Below are positions 1-7,754 of a stretch of 20,000 nt of DNA, piece by piece. Every line of letters begins with the position of its first letter. The first letter of the stretch is position 1. The notes below the pieces were generated by a model. The model was not told the origin of the DNA. It did no database searches and worked only from the letters and a program-made list of their open reading frames with translations. The position numbers and the translations under genes are program-made. The DNA lies in the IMG/VR virus record IMGVR_UViG_3300031994_000090; one strand, 5' to 3'. This DNA comes from an uncultured virus (IMG/VR IMGVR_UViG_3300031994_000090). Lineage: Duplodnaviria > Heunggongvirae > Uroviricota > Caudoviricetes.

Positions 1-474
1 CTCAAGTTCATGCAGAGCTGTCTGCCGGTGCTTCCTTCCGACTGGGGTAACATGGGCATGCGTGACGGAAAGGCCAGGACTCAACTCCTCGCCTCGAAGT
101 TCTATACGAGCCACAAGAAGACCGACCCCACCCCGCTTTGTCCTGCTGCGTACTACGCCGCGAATATCGAAACCGCTACTCTGCCGAAGGGAACCTTCTC
201 TCTCGGTACGACGGAAGAGGTCTTCGAGATTCTTGACGGAATCAAGTACGGAACCAACGGAAGCCGCGATGCGGACAAGGTGAACGCCCTTCAGAACCGC
301 ATGGGTAAGAGTGCAATTTCAAATGGTTCCTACCTTTGGTCTTGCCTTCGTCTCAGCGCCTTCGGCGCGTGGTATGCGTATGGCTACGGCGGTTTCTTCA
401 ACTACAACGGCTTGTATAACGCCTACGTTGTTGTGCCCGTGGCGCATCATAAGCTGAGCGACAGCGAAGACTAA
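1..474 (+). CDS. DGR target protein, C-terminal part (likely C-type-lectin-fold receptor-binding/tail protein); 5' end lies outside the window
   Basis: Frame open from base 1; C-terminal ...YLWSCLR..AW..G.F....Y.VVPVA motif resembles CLec-fold DGR targets; contains the VR. Confidence 0.9.
   Translation, partial: LKFMQSCLPVLPSDWGNMGMRDGKARTQLLASKFYTSHKKTDPTPLCPAAYYAANIETATLPKGTFSLGTTEEVFEILDGIKYGTNGSRDADKVNALQNRMGKSAISNGSYLWSCLRLSAFGAWYAYGYGGFFNYNGLYNAYVVVPVAHHKLSDSED
325..446 (+). repeat. DGR variable repeat (VR)
   Basis: Ungapped 122-nt alignment to 1088-1209 (offset 763); 17 mismatches, all opposite TR adenines (8 A>T, 8 A>G, 1 A>C). Confidence 0.98.
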
Positions 475-487
475 ATCTTAAACCTTC

Positions 488-513
488 GGACGGCGGGCTC
501 CGTACCGCCGTCC
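488..513 (+). promoter_or_regulatory. GC-rich hairpin/cruciform downstream of VR (probable DGR retrohoming target-recognition element)
   Basis: GGACGGCGG (488-496) / 8-nt loop / CCGCCGTCC (505-513), perfect 9-bp stem starting 14 nt after the target stop codon; no long U-tract. Confidence 0.8.
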
Positions 514-530
514 ATAACTTCCTATTTGAT

Positions 531-986
531 ATGGATGAAAGCAAATCACTGAAAGAGCAAATAGACTATTCCGTTCCTAAATACCAGATGGCTTCGATTT
601 ACAAAGGATTGAAGCGGTTGGCAAAGCGCGTTCATAAACTCCAGTTCGAAATGACGAAGGAGAACAAACGCATTTATGGGGACCGTATTAGCGATAGGGT
701 TCTGGATTGTATAGAGGATTTTGTAATCGCCTATGATTTTCAAGACGAGAGGCCGCATTACTATATGAAACTCACCGCAGATATTCATATTGTTATGAGT
801 CTCATGGGTGAAATCATAGACGAGCATATCCTTATTCCGAAAGCCCATGTAACTGGCAGTGATGGCAGAACCGTACCAAATAAGCAGGACAAACTCGTGA
901 TTCAGATTTACGAAGAGATAGGAAAAATTGACACAGACATGGGTAAATGGAGGGTGTCGGCAATTAGCAGCAAGCCTGGCCAATGA
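531..986 (+). CDS. avd: DGR accessory variability determinant (Avd-like four-helix-bundle protein)
   Basis: 151 aa, helical, IYK...K..YGDRI...IGK....GKW pattern typical of Avd; lies between VR and TR. Confidence 0.85.
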   Translation: MDESKSLKEQIDYSVPKYQMASIYKGLKRLAKRVHKLQFEMTKENKRIYGDRISDRVLDCIEDFVIAYDFQDERPHYYMKLTADIHIVMSLMGEIIDEHILIPKAHVTGSDGRTVPNKQDKLVIQIYEEIGKIDTDMGKWRVSAISSKPGQ

Positions 987-1087
987 AATCCCTTGAAATA
1001 TGAGGGTCGGTCCAGACAGTCTGCTCATCTGAATAAGATGGAGCCCATACTGTCATTTACAGTTAAGAACAAGAAAATGGGCGTTGA

Positions 1088-1209
1088 GGTTCCAACCTTT
1101 GGTCTTGCCTTCGTAACAACGCCAACAACGCGTGGAATGCGAATGGCAACAACGGTTTCTTCAACAACAACAACTTGTATAACACCTACGTTGTTGTGCC
1201 CGTGGCGCA
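1088..1209 (+). repeat. DGR template repeat (TR), part of the DGR template RNA
   Basis: Non-coding copy of the VR with 14 AAC/AAT triplets in the VR reading frame; 29 nt upstream of the RT start. Confidence 0.98.
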
Positions 1210-1238
1210 GCTTATTTATGAGCAATTATCGTTGAACT

Positions 1239-2417
1239 ATGGTAAGTTTAAGGGAAGTATATCGGGATTATCGTGATGCGGTTAAAAACAAGTCGCATAA
1301 TCCAGATTATGTCGCTTTTGACCTGCACCGTTGCGCAAAATTGAACAAACTGCGCGACGACATAGAGAATCGTACTCTGCGGCCCACATCTTCCGCCTAT
1401 GTCGTCTTTTCCCCGGTAATCAGAGAGGTGTATTCCGCCGATGTAGCCCAGTGTACGGTGGAGCATCGTCTGGAAAGACACCTCCGGCCCTTGATTGAGA
1501 AGGTAATCAATCCGAGGGTATTTAATAACCGCGTCGGCATGGGACTCGACAGAGCCCTTAACTGCCTCGCGGAAGATATTTTTGAGGTGAGCAACGGGTA
1601 CACCGAGGATTGCCACGTGGCCGTTGCGGACCTCTCCGGGTATTTTCCGAACGCCAACCAGGAACGCAGTTACAATATCCTTAAGCAACTGATTCTGGAT
1701 TCGGACATTGCTCCGGAGAAAAAGGATGAACTGGTCTATCTGCTCCGGATGAGCATATACTTCAACGCAAATGCTTCCGAACGGCGCAGTCCCGCTGCGG
1801 ACTGGTATAGGGTGCCGCCGAACAAGAGTCTCATGAACAAGCCTGACGGCTTCGGTGCGGCCCCCGGAAAGATAATCATGCAGATGGCCATGACGTTTTA
1901 CCACGACGAGGTAATTAAGTGGCTCCTCTCGTGCGGAGTGCGTGTCACCGTATATGGCGACGACTTCGCCTTTGTTTTTAAGGATAAAGACCAGTTCCTC
2001 AACCTCATTATGCCGGAGTTCCGCTCAAGGATGGCCGCTATCGGATGCGAGGTTCACAAGCGGAAGTTCTACTGCCAGTATTACAAGAAGGGTGCGCATT
2101 TCTGCTCGCAGTGGGTACTTCCCGGGCGCGTATATGCCGGGAATCGTACCGTCTATAACTTCTTCGAGAAGATAAAGTATTGGAACCGCCGGTTCTCGCT
2201 CCGCAATGCCGAGAGGATGGTGTCTTCCCTTGATTCGTATTTCGGCATTTTCCGTAACCGGCAGGGATATGCCATCCTCCGCCGTGGATACGAGAGGTTG
2301 ACTGCCAGATGGAAAGAGGTGGTCGAACTGAAGGAGCGCAAGAATATCCTCGGTCTTCGGGACGGGTACAAGCACAAGGAATTGATATGCAAAATCTATA
2401 AACTCAACTTAATATAA
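1239..2417 (+). CDS. DGR reverse transcriptase (divergent motifs)
   Basis: 392 aa; PxxREV, ADLSGYFPN, GAAPGKIIMQ, YGDD (1953-1964), basic C-terminal thumb; adjacent to TR. Confidence 0.95.
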   Translation: MVSLREVYRDYRDAVKNKSHNPDYVAFDLHRCAKLNKLRDDIENRTLRPTSSAYVVFSPVIREVYSADVAQCTVEHRLERHLRPLIEKVINPRVFNNRVGMGLDRALNCLAEDIFEVSNGYTEDCHVAVADLSGYFPNANQERSYNILKQLILDSDIAPEKKDELVYLLRMSIYFNANASERRSPAADWYRVPPNKSLMNKPDGFGAAPGKIIMQMAMTFYHDEVIKWLLSCGVRVTVYGDDFAFVFKDKDQFLNLIMPEFRSRMAAIGCEVHKRKFYCQYYKKGAHFCSQWVLPGRVYAGNRTVYNFFEKIKYWNRRFSLRNAERMVSSLDSYFGIFRNRQGYAILRRGYERLTARWKEVVELKERKNILGLRDGYKHKELICKIYKLNLI

Positions 2418-2423
2418 TCAGCC

Positions 2424-2672
2424 ATGAAACAGAACGAAAAACTCATTGCCATTCAGGCTCAGGAAGACATCATCCGTGACCGGGAGGCACGCCTTTCTTC
2501 CACCGATTACATCGCCGCAAAGATTGCCGAAGGTAAGGCCACCAAGACCGAGTACAAGGTAAAGATTGACGAGCGCCAGACCTGGCGTGACGAAATCAAC
2601 GCCGCCCAGGAGGAAATCGCACGGCTCAATGCCATCGAACCCGAGGAGGACGTGAACGATGATGCTCGATAA
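2424..2672 (+). CDS. Small phage protein, possibly tail-fibre assembly chaperone-like
   Basis: 82 aa; L..TDY...K..EG...Y....RQ.WRDEIN motif recalled from phage proteins at the end of tail modules. Confidence 0.65.
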   Translation: MKQNEKLIAIQAQEDIIRDREARLSSTDYIAAKIAEGKATKTEYKVKIDERQTWRDEINAAQEEIARLNAIEPEEDVNDDAR

Positions 2673-2961
2673 CGTAATCGTCACGGACAACAATATCCAC
2701 ATCACGGATTCGGCGTTTCTGTCGAAGCGTGATGCGGATAGTCTTCTGTATGAGGTGGCGGCAGAATACCCTACATGCTCCGTGGTTGTCAACCGCACCC
2801 ATGGAAGCATGATGCGGGAATGGGCTGCGCACACCCTTCTTTACAAACTCCACCTCTTTCGCTCCCATACGAAGGATGTGGACCTTAATTATCCGCAGAG
2901 GTGGTGGGTGTCTCTCGCCTACAACATCTTCGGTGCTATCGCCCTAATCTTCTTAAAGTAA
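2659..2961 (+). CDS. Hypothetical phage protein with C-terminal hydrophobic segment
   Basis: 100 aa ORF tightly packed in operon. Confidence 0.7.
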   Translation: MMLDNVIVTDNNIHITDSAFLSKRDADSLLYEVAAEYPTCSVVVNRTHGSMMREWAAHTLLYKLHLFRSHTKDVDLNYPQRWWVSLAYNIFGAIALIFLK

Positions 2962-2967
2962 AGTGTT

Positions 2968-3231
2968 ATGAAAAAGTTGTTTGAAAAAATCAAAGAGTGG
3001 TTCCTGACCCTCGACCAGCGGTATTACATCGCTTTCATCATCGGCATGATTCTCGCCGCCTTTATCGCCCTCGTGGTTCCCAAGTTCGCGGAGTGGTGCG
3101 TGGTTCCTATCTTCTTCGCCCTTGCCATCCTTGAGTTTGTCCGGCAGTGGCAGGGGAAGCCTTCTTGGTGGAGGTACGAGCTGGCCACACTTATCGGCAG
3201 TGTAATCATCTGGATATTCCAGATAGTATAG
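2968..3231 (+). CDS. Small multi-pass membrane protein (lysis-region associated)
   Basis: 87 aa, about 3 hydrophobic segments, upstream of holin. Confidence 0.75.
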   Translation: MKKLFEKIKEWFLTLDQRYYIAFIIGMILAAFIALVVPKFAEWCVVPIFFALAILEFVRQWQGKPSWWRYELATLIGSVIIWIFQIV

Positions 3232-3243
3232 GAGGAACGGACA

Positions 3244-3732
3244 ATGGTACAGGCTACTGAAAACGGCGCAGTCAACACCGTAGTGGAGGGGGGCGCAACC
3301 ATTGGAGTAGTCGCTTTCTTCTCTGAAGCCATGAAACAGACTTTGCCTTGGCTGGTACTGGCGGTACCTATCATAGTTCTCGACTTGCTGTACGGTATCC
3401 GTGCGGCAAAATATCGTGGTGAAAAGGTGCGTTGGTCAACTGCCATCAGGAGGACCGTTGACAAGGCGGTTGGGTATGTCATGTGGTGCGCCGCCGCAGT
3501 AATGATTGCCCAGCTCTTTGAGGTCGCGTGGCTCGACAAGGTTATTCTCGGCCTTGTGTACGGAAACGAACTCATCAGTGTCATTGGCAACTACCTCGAA
3601 ACGAAGGGTATCACCCTCTCTGTCGGGGCCCTCTGGAACCTTATCTTCCGCAAGGCGGGCGAGAAAGTTGGCGTAGAGGTCTCGAAGGAGGAACTGGAGG
3701 AAGTGATAAAGCATAAGGGGGAAAAGCAATGA
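3244..3732 (+). CDS. Phage holin (Phage_holin_4_1-like)
   Basis: DLLYGIRAA..RGE....S.AIRRTVDK..Y and E..SVIGN motifs, TM segments; ATGA overlap with endolysin. Confidence 0.85.
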   Translation: MVQATENGAVNTVVEGGATIGVVAFFSEAMKQTLPWLVLAVPIIVLDLLYGIRAAKYRGEKVRWSTAIRRTVDKAVGYVMWCAAAVMIAQLFEVAWLDKVILGLVYGNELISVIGNYLETKGITLSVGALWNLIFRKAGEKVGVEVSKEELEEVIKHKGEKQ

Positions 3733-4418
3733 CTTTCTACGAACAGTGCCTTGGGGGTTATGTGCCCCAGGGCATTACCCTTCCGGTAATGTACGGCGGC
3801 AAGCCCGTGGGCCTTCTTCTTGATGGTGGCCATGGGCTTGAGCAGTACACGCCCGGGAAGCGCTCTCCGGACGGAACGCTCATTGAGGGCCGGTGGAACC
3901 GCGAAATGGTCGCAAGGCTCCTTCCGGACTTGCGTGCCATCGGCTTTGACGCCAGGTGCCTTATACCGGAGGATGAAGACATCAAACTGGCGGACCGAGT
4001 GGCGAGAGCGAATGCTATTATGGCCAGAGAGTCGGACAAGGCGTGGTTCTACCTTTCAGTGCATATCAATGCCGCTTCCGGTCCGGGATGGGAGCCTCGC
4101 GCCTCCGGTTTCTGCGCTTACGCCAGCGCCAACGCGAGCGAGGTGAGCCGGAACTTCGCAAGGGCCATGGTGGCCGCAGCGCATCGTTTTGGACTGAAGG
4201 GGAACCGCTCTGTCCCCAAAGAGGGTTACTGGACTGCCGGATTCTATGTGATACGATGCACAAAGATGCCCGCCATCCTCACGGAATCGCTCTTTATGAC
4301 CAACCCCAAGGAGTGCGAGTTCCTGAAGAGCGAGAAGGGAAAGGAGACGCTTTCTGCCGTACACGTGGAGGCTCTTTGTGATTTCTTTAGAGTGCCCTAT
4401 GCCCACGTTAACGGATAG
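3729..4418 (+). CDS. Endolysin, N-acetylmuramoyl-L-alanine amidase (Amidase_3)
   Basis: LDGGHG...E...SVHINA...ILTESLFMTN zinc-amidase motifs. Confidence 0.93.
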   Translation: MTFYEQCLGGYVPQGITLPVMYGGKPVGLLLDGGHGLEQYTPGKRSPDGTLIEGRWNREMVARLLPDLRAIGFDARCLIPEDEDIKLADRVARANAIMARESDKAWFYLSVHINAASGPGWEPRASGFCAYASANASEVSRNFARAMVAAAHRFGLKGNRSVPKEGYWTAGFYVIRCTKMPAILTESLFMTNPKECEFLKSEKGKETLSAVHVEALCDFFRVPYAHVNG

Positions 4419-4581
4419 AGAGAAGGCGGTGGATAAGATACTGCGCGACCTGGGGCTTGGCCCGGAGTTGCGCGGCCTTGTCTCCCGCGAGGTGGGGAGC
4501 ATGACCGGCTATGCCACAGAACTGGATAGTATCACTATCCGCCAGATTGAAGTGTATTTGAGAAAAACCTTAAGCCAATGA
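4399..4581 (+). CDS. Hypothetical protein (60 aa, start at ATG 4399)
   Basis: Fills gap between endolysin and next gene; ATGA overlap at 4578-4581. Confidence 0.55.
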   Translation: MPTLTDREKAVDKILRDLGLGPELRGLVSREVGSMTGYATELDSITIRQIEVYLRKTLSQ

Positions 4582-5132
4582 AACGATTCTTCGAAATAGC
4601 GGGCATTTTAGCCCTTGTAGCACTCGGGTGGATACTTGGGACCTTTTATCCGGTAAAGTCGCTCCAGCGGCTTGCAGGGTGGCAAGAGCGGCGAGATACG
4701 ACTTATTTCCACGATACCACTTTCGTTGATAAGCCCGTACCAGTCGAAGTAACCCCCTTGGGCTATGAACTTATCCCCATTGGGACGATGGATAGGATAG
4801 CCGGGCAGATACGGGCCCTGGAGGACTCTCTTGAGAAAAAGCCACGTATCGCCAGGAAGGATAGTTTAATCTACATCGAGGTGCCCATGGAACAGAGACA
4901 CTTCACGGACAGCACCACCTACGACGCTTGGGTATCCGGCTATAACCCGAAACTCGACTCCCTTCGCATCTACACCACTTCGATGCAGATAGACGTCACC
5001 AAGGAGCCGATAGCCCCCAAGAGACTATTCAGCTTTGGAGTCCAAGTGGGCATCGGTGCCCAGTACGGACTTGTGCGAAAGCAATTCGACATAGGACCCT
5101 ACGTTGGAGTGGGATTGCAGTACAATTTCTGA
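4578..5132 (+). CDS. Putative spanin-like lysis protein (N-terminal TM, C-terminal beta-signal)
   Basis: N-terminal TM helix, Y.AWVSGY.P.LDSL motif, C-terminal amphipathic strands ending GVGLQYNF; last gene of lysis cassette. Confidence 0.6.
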   Translation: MKRFFEIAGILALVALGWILGTFYPVKSLQRLAGWQERRDTTYFHDTTFVDKPVPVEVTPLGYELIPIGTMDRIAGQIRALEDSLEKKPRIARKDSLIYIEVPMEQRHFTDSTTYDAWVSGYNPKLDSLRIYTTSMQIDVTKEPIAPKRLFSFGVQVGIGAQYGLVRKQFDIGPYVGVGLQYNF

Positions 5133-5136
5133 AACG

Positions 5137-5177
5137 AATAAAAGCCCCGCAAGGATTTCTCCTTACGAGGCTTTGTT
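5137..5177 (-). terminator. Intrinsic terminator between convergent blocks (best on - strand, possibly bidirectional)
   Basis: Minus strand AAAGCCUCGUAAGGA-GAAA-UCCUUGCGGGGCUUU followed by UAUU; the two plus-strand C.A mismatches become G-U pairs on minus. Confidence 0.8.
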
Positions 5178-5178
5178 G

Positions 5179-5424
5179 TCAATGGCCTTTCTTGAGGGCT
5201 ATGAGGTTGCGGAGACCTCTGCTCCCGGGCGGGATTCCCTTCCCGCGAAAGCCGCCGGTGAACGGGAAGTATTCGATGGTGGCGCAGTTGACTTTGACGT
5301 ATAGCGAGAACTCCGTCTCACCAATCACATCAATACCGGCCCTCGCGAGTTCCCGCTTGGCTCCGGCCTTGCGCCGAGGGAGAATCGTATCCCTTGCTTC
5401 CCGCCACTCTTTACTTGTTGACAT
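5179..5424 (-). CDS. Hypothetical phage protein
   Basis: 81 aa, last gene of minus operon, overlaps upstream gene. Confidence 0.7.
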   Translation of the reverse strand: MSTSKEWREARDTILPRRKAGAKRELARAGIDVIGETEFSLYVKVNCATIEYFPFTGGFRGKGIPPGSRGLRNLIALKKGH

Positions 5425-5710
5425 CGGTCTTATCCTCCGGACTTAAGGTTTTATTCACTCTGTCTATATCGTCTTTGAGTCTCTTGAATGCCGCATCCAG
5501 CTTGTCTGCGGTCTCTTGGCTCATAGGCTTAATTTCTGTAATGAGGGGCTTGCTCATTGACTCTTTCATCGCCTCGCGGAACCCACGAAGCATTTCTCCG
5601 GAAATGATGTCGCCGAACATTTCTTCGAGCCTATCGACACGTCTTTCAAGTCGAATCAGAAGAAAGATGATGGCGAGCAGGACCAGACAGATAATAAGGT
5701 TGCTATTCAT
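5411..5710 (-). CDS. Hypothetical membrane-anchored coiled-coil protein
   Basis: 99 aa, N-terminal TM. Confidence 0.7.
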   Translation of the reverse strand: MNSNLIICLVLLAIIFLLIRLERRVDRLEEMFGDIISGEMLRGFREAMKESMSKPLITEIKPMSQETADKLDAAFKRLKDDIDRVNKTLSPEDKTDVNK

Positions 5711-6035
5711 GGCTCTGTTCCTGCAATATCCGTTTCAGTTCTTTCGGTGTTGATACCTCCCGGTGGTGCCTTATTGTTTCAATGAATTTATCCCGGCCAT
5801 ATTGTTTGTATAGTTGGATGAAGTCTGCTTGAATAAGGTCGCAAGGTTCTCCGGGCTCGATAGCCTTTTCTTTGCCCTCTTTTTCTGCAATGAGAGAGAG
5901 TTCAAAGATGTCGCGACCATTTTTATCGACGATAACAAATCGATGGCCATCAATGTTAACTGCTCCAGTGTGACGAACAATGGAGAACTGGGAGTTAGCC
6001 CAGAACTCTTCTGTCATTAGGATGGGTAATTTCAT
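5703..6035 (-). CDS. Hypothetical phage protein (start MKLPIL at 6035)
   Basis: ATGA overlap with ASCH gene stop. Confidence 0.7.
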   Translation of the reverse strand: MKLPILMTEEFWANSQFSIVRHTGAVNIDGHRFVIVDKNGRDIFELSLIAEKEGKEKAIEPGEPCDLIQADFIQLYKQYGRDKFIETIRHHREVSTPKELKRILQEQSHE

Positions 6036-6334
6036 AGTCTTTCTCCAAGTTTGATTACATAATACTCTTTGCCGGGCTTTGCGCCCCATTTCTCTTGGCC
6101 GGTGCCAACCCGGCAACCACCATATTTGAATGACATCGTTTTACGGTCTTTTGCATAGCCGCGATAGAAGGTGACAATATCGTATTTCCTCCACCGAAGA
6201 TGCGGCTCGCTCCATCCGGTTTCTAACCTTCTTCGATAGAATTGCGTCAGACTGCGATACTCCTCCAGCTTTTCTCCGGAGTCAATCATGTCGTAATACT
6301 CATACGTCAGGACGAGTTTCAGTTCTCTTACCAT
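6032..6334 (-). CDS. ASCH/PUA-like domain protein
   Basis: L.L.L...YYDMI.SGEK.EEYR and F..GY motifs. Confidence 0.8.
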   Translation of the reverse strand: MVRELKLVLTYEYYDMIDSGEKLEEYRSLTQFYRRRLETGWSEPHLRWRKYDIVTFYRGYAKDRKTMSFKYGGCRVGTGQEKWGAKPGKEYYVIKLGERL

Positions 6335-6391
6335 AAATACTATAATTTGATTTCTTTTTCAATGCCAACGGGCCGACGGGCGTACTGGGGC

Positions 6392-6886
6392 CTAATACGG
6401 ATTTTTTAGATTATCCAGAATCTTACGCCACTTTATTGGCATCCAATATGCGTTGCATACCATAAAGTGCTCGCAATCGTGCCGAATAAAGCGGATGTAT
6501 TTAATATCCCAGCCCATACAATCCTTGACATCTGCTGCGAGGTATCGCCAATCCTCATCATATCCACCAGACCTTTCGCAAAGTTTCTTGAGCCAAGGCA
6601 AAATTTTACCGGCCTCGATTAAGTAGTCTCCGAGCGATTTGGATTGCGCTATCCGCCGTGCCCTTGCAAGACCCTCGTTAGAGCGGACCTCAAGACCACA
6701 CTCGGCTTTCTTGTATAGTTCCGGTTTCTTGAAGCCCCAACCCAGGGCGAAGTCACGGGTGTCGCAATTTATTGTTTGAATGTGTTCAGCAACTATCGCA
6801 TCGTCCATAATGCGATTTATCGGCACCCAATCATCGTATGTTCCATCAATGATGTTAAGTGTGTCTGGTACTTTATTCATAGACAT
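6392..6886 (-). CDS. Hypothetical protein (likely start 6886 or 6880)
   Basis: About 164 aa ORF; the longer start at 6916 falls inside a structured intergenic element. Confidence 0.7.
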   Translation of the reverse strand: MSMNKVPDTLNIIDGTYDDWVPINRIMDDAIVAEHIQTINCDTRDFALGWGFKKPELYKKAECGLEVRSNEGLARARRIAQSKSLGDYLIEAGKILPWLKKLCERSGGYDEDWRYLAADVKDCMGWDIKYIRFIRHDCEHFMVCNAYWMPIKWRKILDNLKNPY

Positions 6887-6893
6887 TATTTGA

Positions 6894-6953
6894 TAAAAAG
6901 GGTGCGGCCCCTCCAAATGGAGAGAGGAATATGTACACTATCCTCCGCACCCC
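6894..6953 (-). promoter_or_regulatory. Large-loop stem + U-tract element, copy A
   Basis: GGGTGCGG 6900-6907 / CCGCACCC 6945-6952, 37-nt structured loop, U5 on minus strand. Confidence 0.65.
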
Positions 6954-6959
6954 GTAATC

Positions 6960-7304
6960 CTATCTATTATCTCCTTCCCCGTGAATCTTATCCCGATTCA
7001 AGCGGTCAGTGAGTTTTTCGATGTTCTTTTCCGCCACGTAGGAAAGGGAAACGCCAAGGGCGTGAGCCATGATAGAGAGATACCAGAGGGTGTCGCCCAT
7101 TTCCAGAACGATTGCCTCCACTCTTTCTGTGTCAATTTTCCCACCCGCATCCCTGATGGACTTCTTGATTTTCCCGGCCACTTCACCGGCCTCCTCGCAG
7201 AGTCCAAGAGCGCAGTATTTGGCGAGGTTCTTCTTACGCATCCTCTTGAACTTATCCAGAAGGAAAGTCCTTGAGGCTTCTTGATACGAATCAAAATTAT
7301 ACAT
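6960..7304 (-). CDS. MazG-like nucleoside triphosphate pyrophosphohydrolase
   Basis: LGLCEEAGEVAGKIKK...EMGDTLWY: EExxE...ExxD motif. Confidence 0.9.
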   Translation of the reverse strand: MYNFDSYQEASRTFLLDKFKRMRKKNLAKYCALGLCEEAGEVAGKIKKSIRDAGGKIDTERVEAIVLEMGDTLWYLSIMAHALGVSLSYVAEKNIEKLTDRLNRDKIHGEGDNR

Positions 7305-7306
7305 AC

Positions 7307-7642
7307 TTATCCGATGATTTTATACATCTGCATAAACCCATCCTCCTCCTTGATGGGCTTATATCCACACTTCTTATAGAAGTCCTGCACCCAGTCCGTG
7401 AGGACGGAATTGAGGTCAATACGAAAGATGCCTTGTTCCCGACAATAAGACTCGCAAGCGAGCATAAGCGCCCTTGCTATGCCTTGCCTTCGTAGTGGCT
7501 CTATGACCGAGAGACCAGAGAGGTAGCAGACACCGGGGTTATTGTCCTCAAATGACATTTCCACGATTGCTCCGCCATCGGACTTGATAATCCTTACGGA
7601 TTTGCCCCACGGCCAGGTGTTATGATGCCAGATTAGTTTCAT
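7307..7642 (-). CDS. GNAT-family N-acetyltransferase
   Basis: L.V..PLRRQGIARALM acetyl-CoA motif A and FYKKCGY motif B. Confidence 0.9.
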   Translation of the reverse strand: MKLIWHHNTWPWGKSVRIIKSDGGAIVEMSFEDNNPGVCYLSGLSVIEPLRRQGIARALMLACESYCREQGIFRIDLNSVLTDWVQDFYKKCGYKPIKEEDGFMQMYKIIG

Positions 7643-7653
7643 TTATGTCTCAA

Positions 7654-7747
7654 TAAAAAGGGGCGGCGTCTCAATCATCCTCCTTCTTTCGGAACACGTC
7701 CGATACCGGGAATCCGCCATGCACCACGCGCAGACTTTTCCGCCCCG
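7654..7747 (-). promoter_or_regulatory. Large-loop stem + U-tract element, copy B
   Basis: GGGGCGG 7660-7666 / CCGCCCC 7740-7746, 73-nt loop with inner TCGGA/TCCGA hairpin, U5 on minus strand. Confidence 0.55.
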
Positions 7748-7754
7748 TTGCCAT

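Larger units (their letters stand above)
1..2417 (+). mobile_element. Diversity-generating retroelement (target-VR, hairpin, avd, TR, RT)
   Basis: VR/TR pair with adenine-only mismatches, four-helix-bundle accessory gene and RT in canonical order. Confidence 0.97.

Noticed and set aside
488..513. Hairpin as intrinsic terminator
   Set aside because: No proper U-tract (ATAACTT follows); position fits the DGR homing hairpin better
1115..1185. (AAC)n runs as microsatellite or CRISPR-like array
   Set aside because: Fully explained as TR adenine-rich codons; no repeat-spacer structure
993..1235. 80-aa ORF spanning the TR
   Set aside because: Thr-rich reading in a different frame from the VR; a by-product of stop-free AAC repeats in the non-coding template
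1239..2417. RT as group II intron, retron or Abi RT
   Set aside because: Adjacent TR/VR and avd identify a DGR; no intron domain V, maturase/endonuclease extension or retron VTG motif seen
7660..7746. Copy B as a tRNA gene
   Set aside because: Length is similar but no T-arm GTTCRA, D-arm or anticodon cloverleaf could be built on either strand
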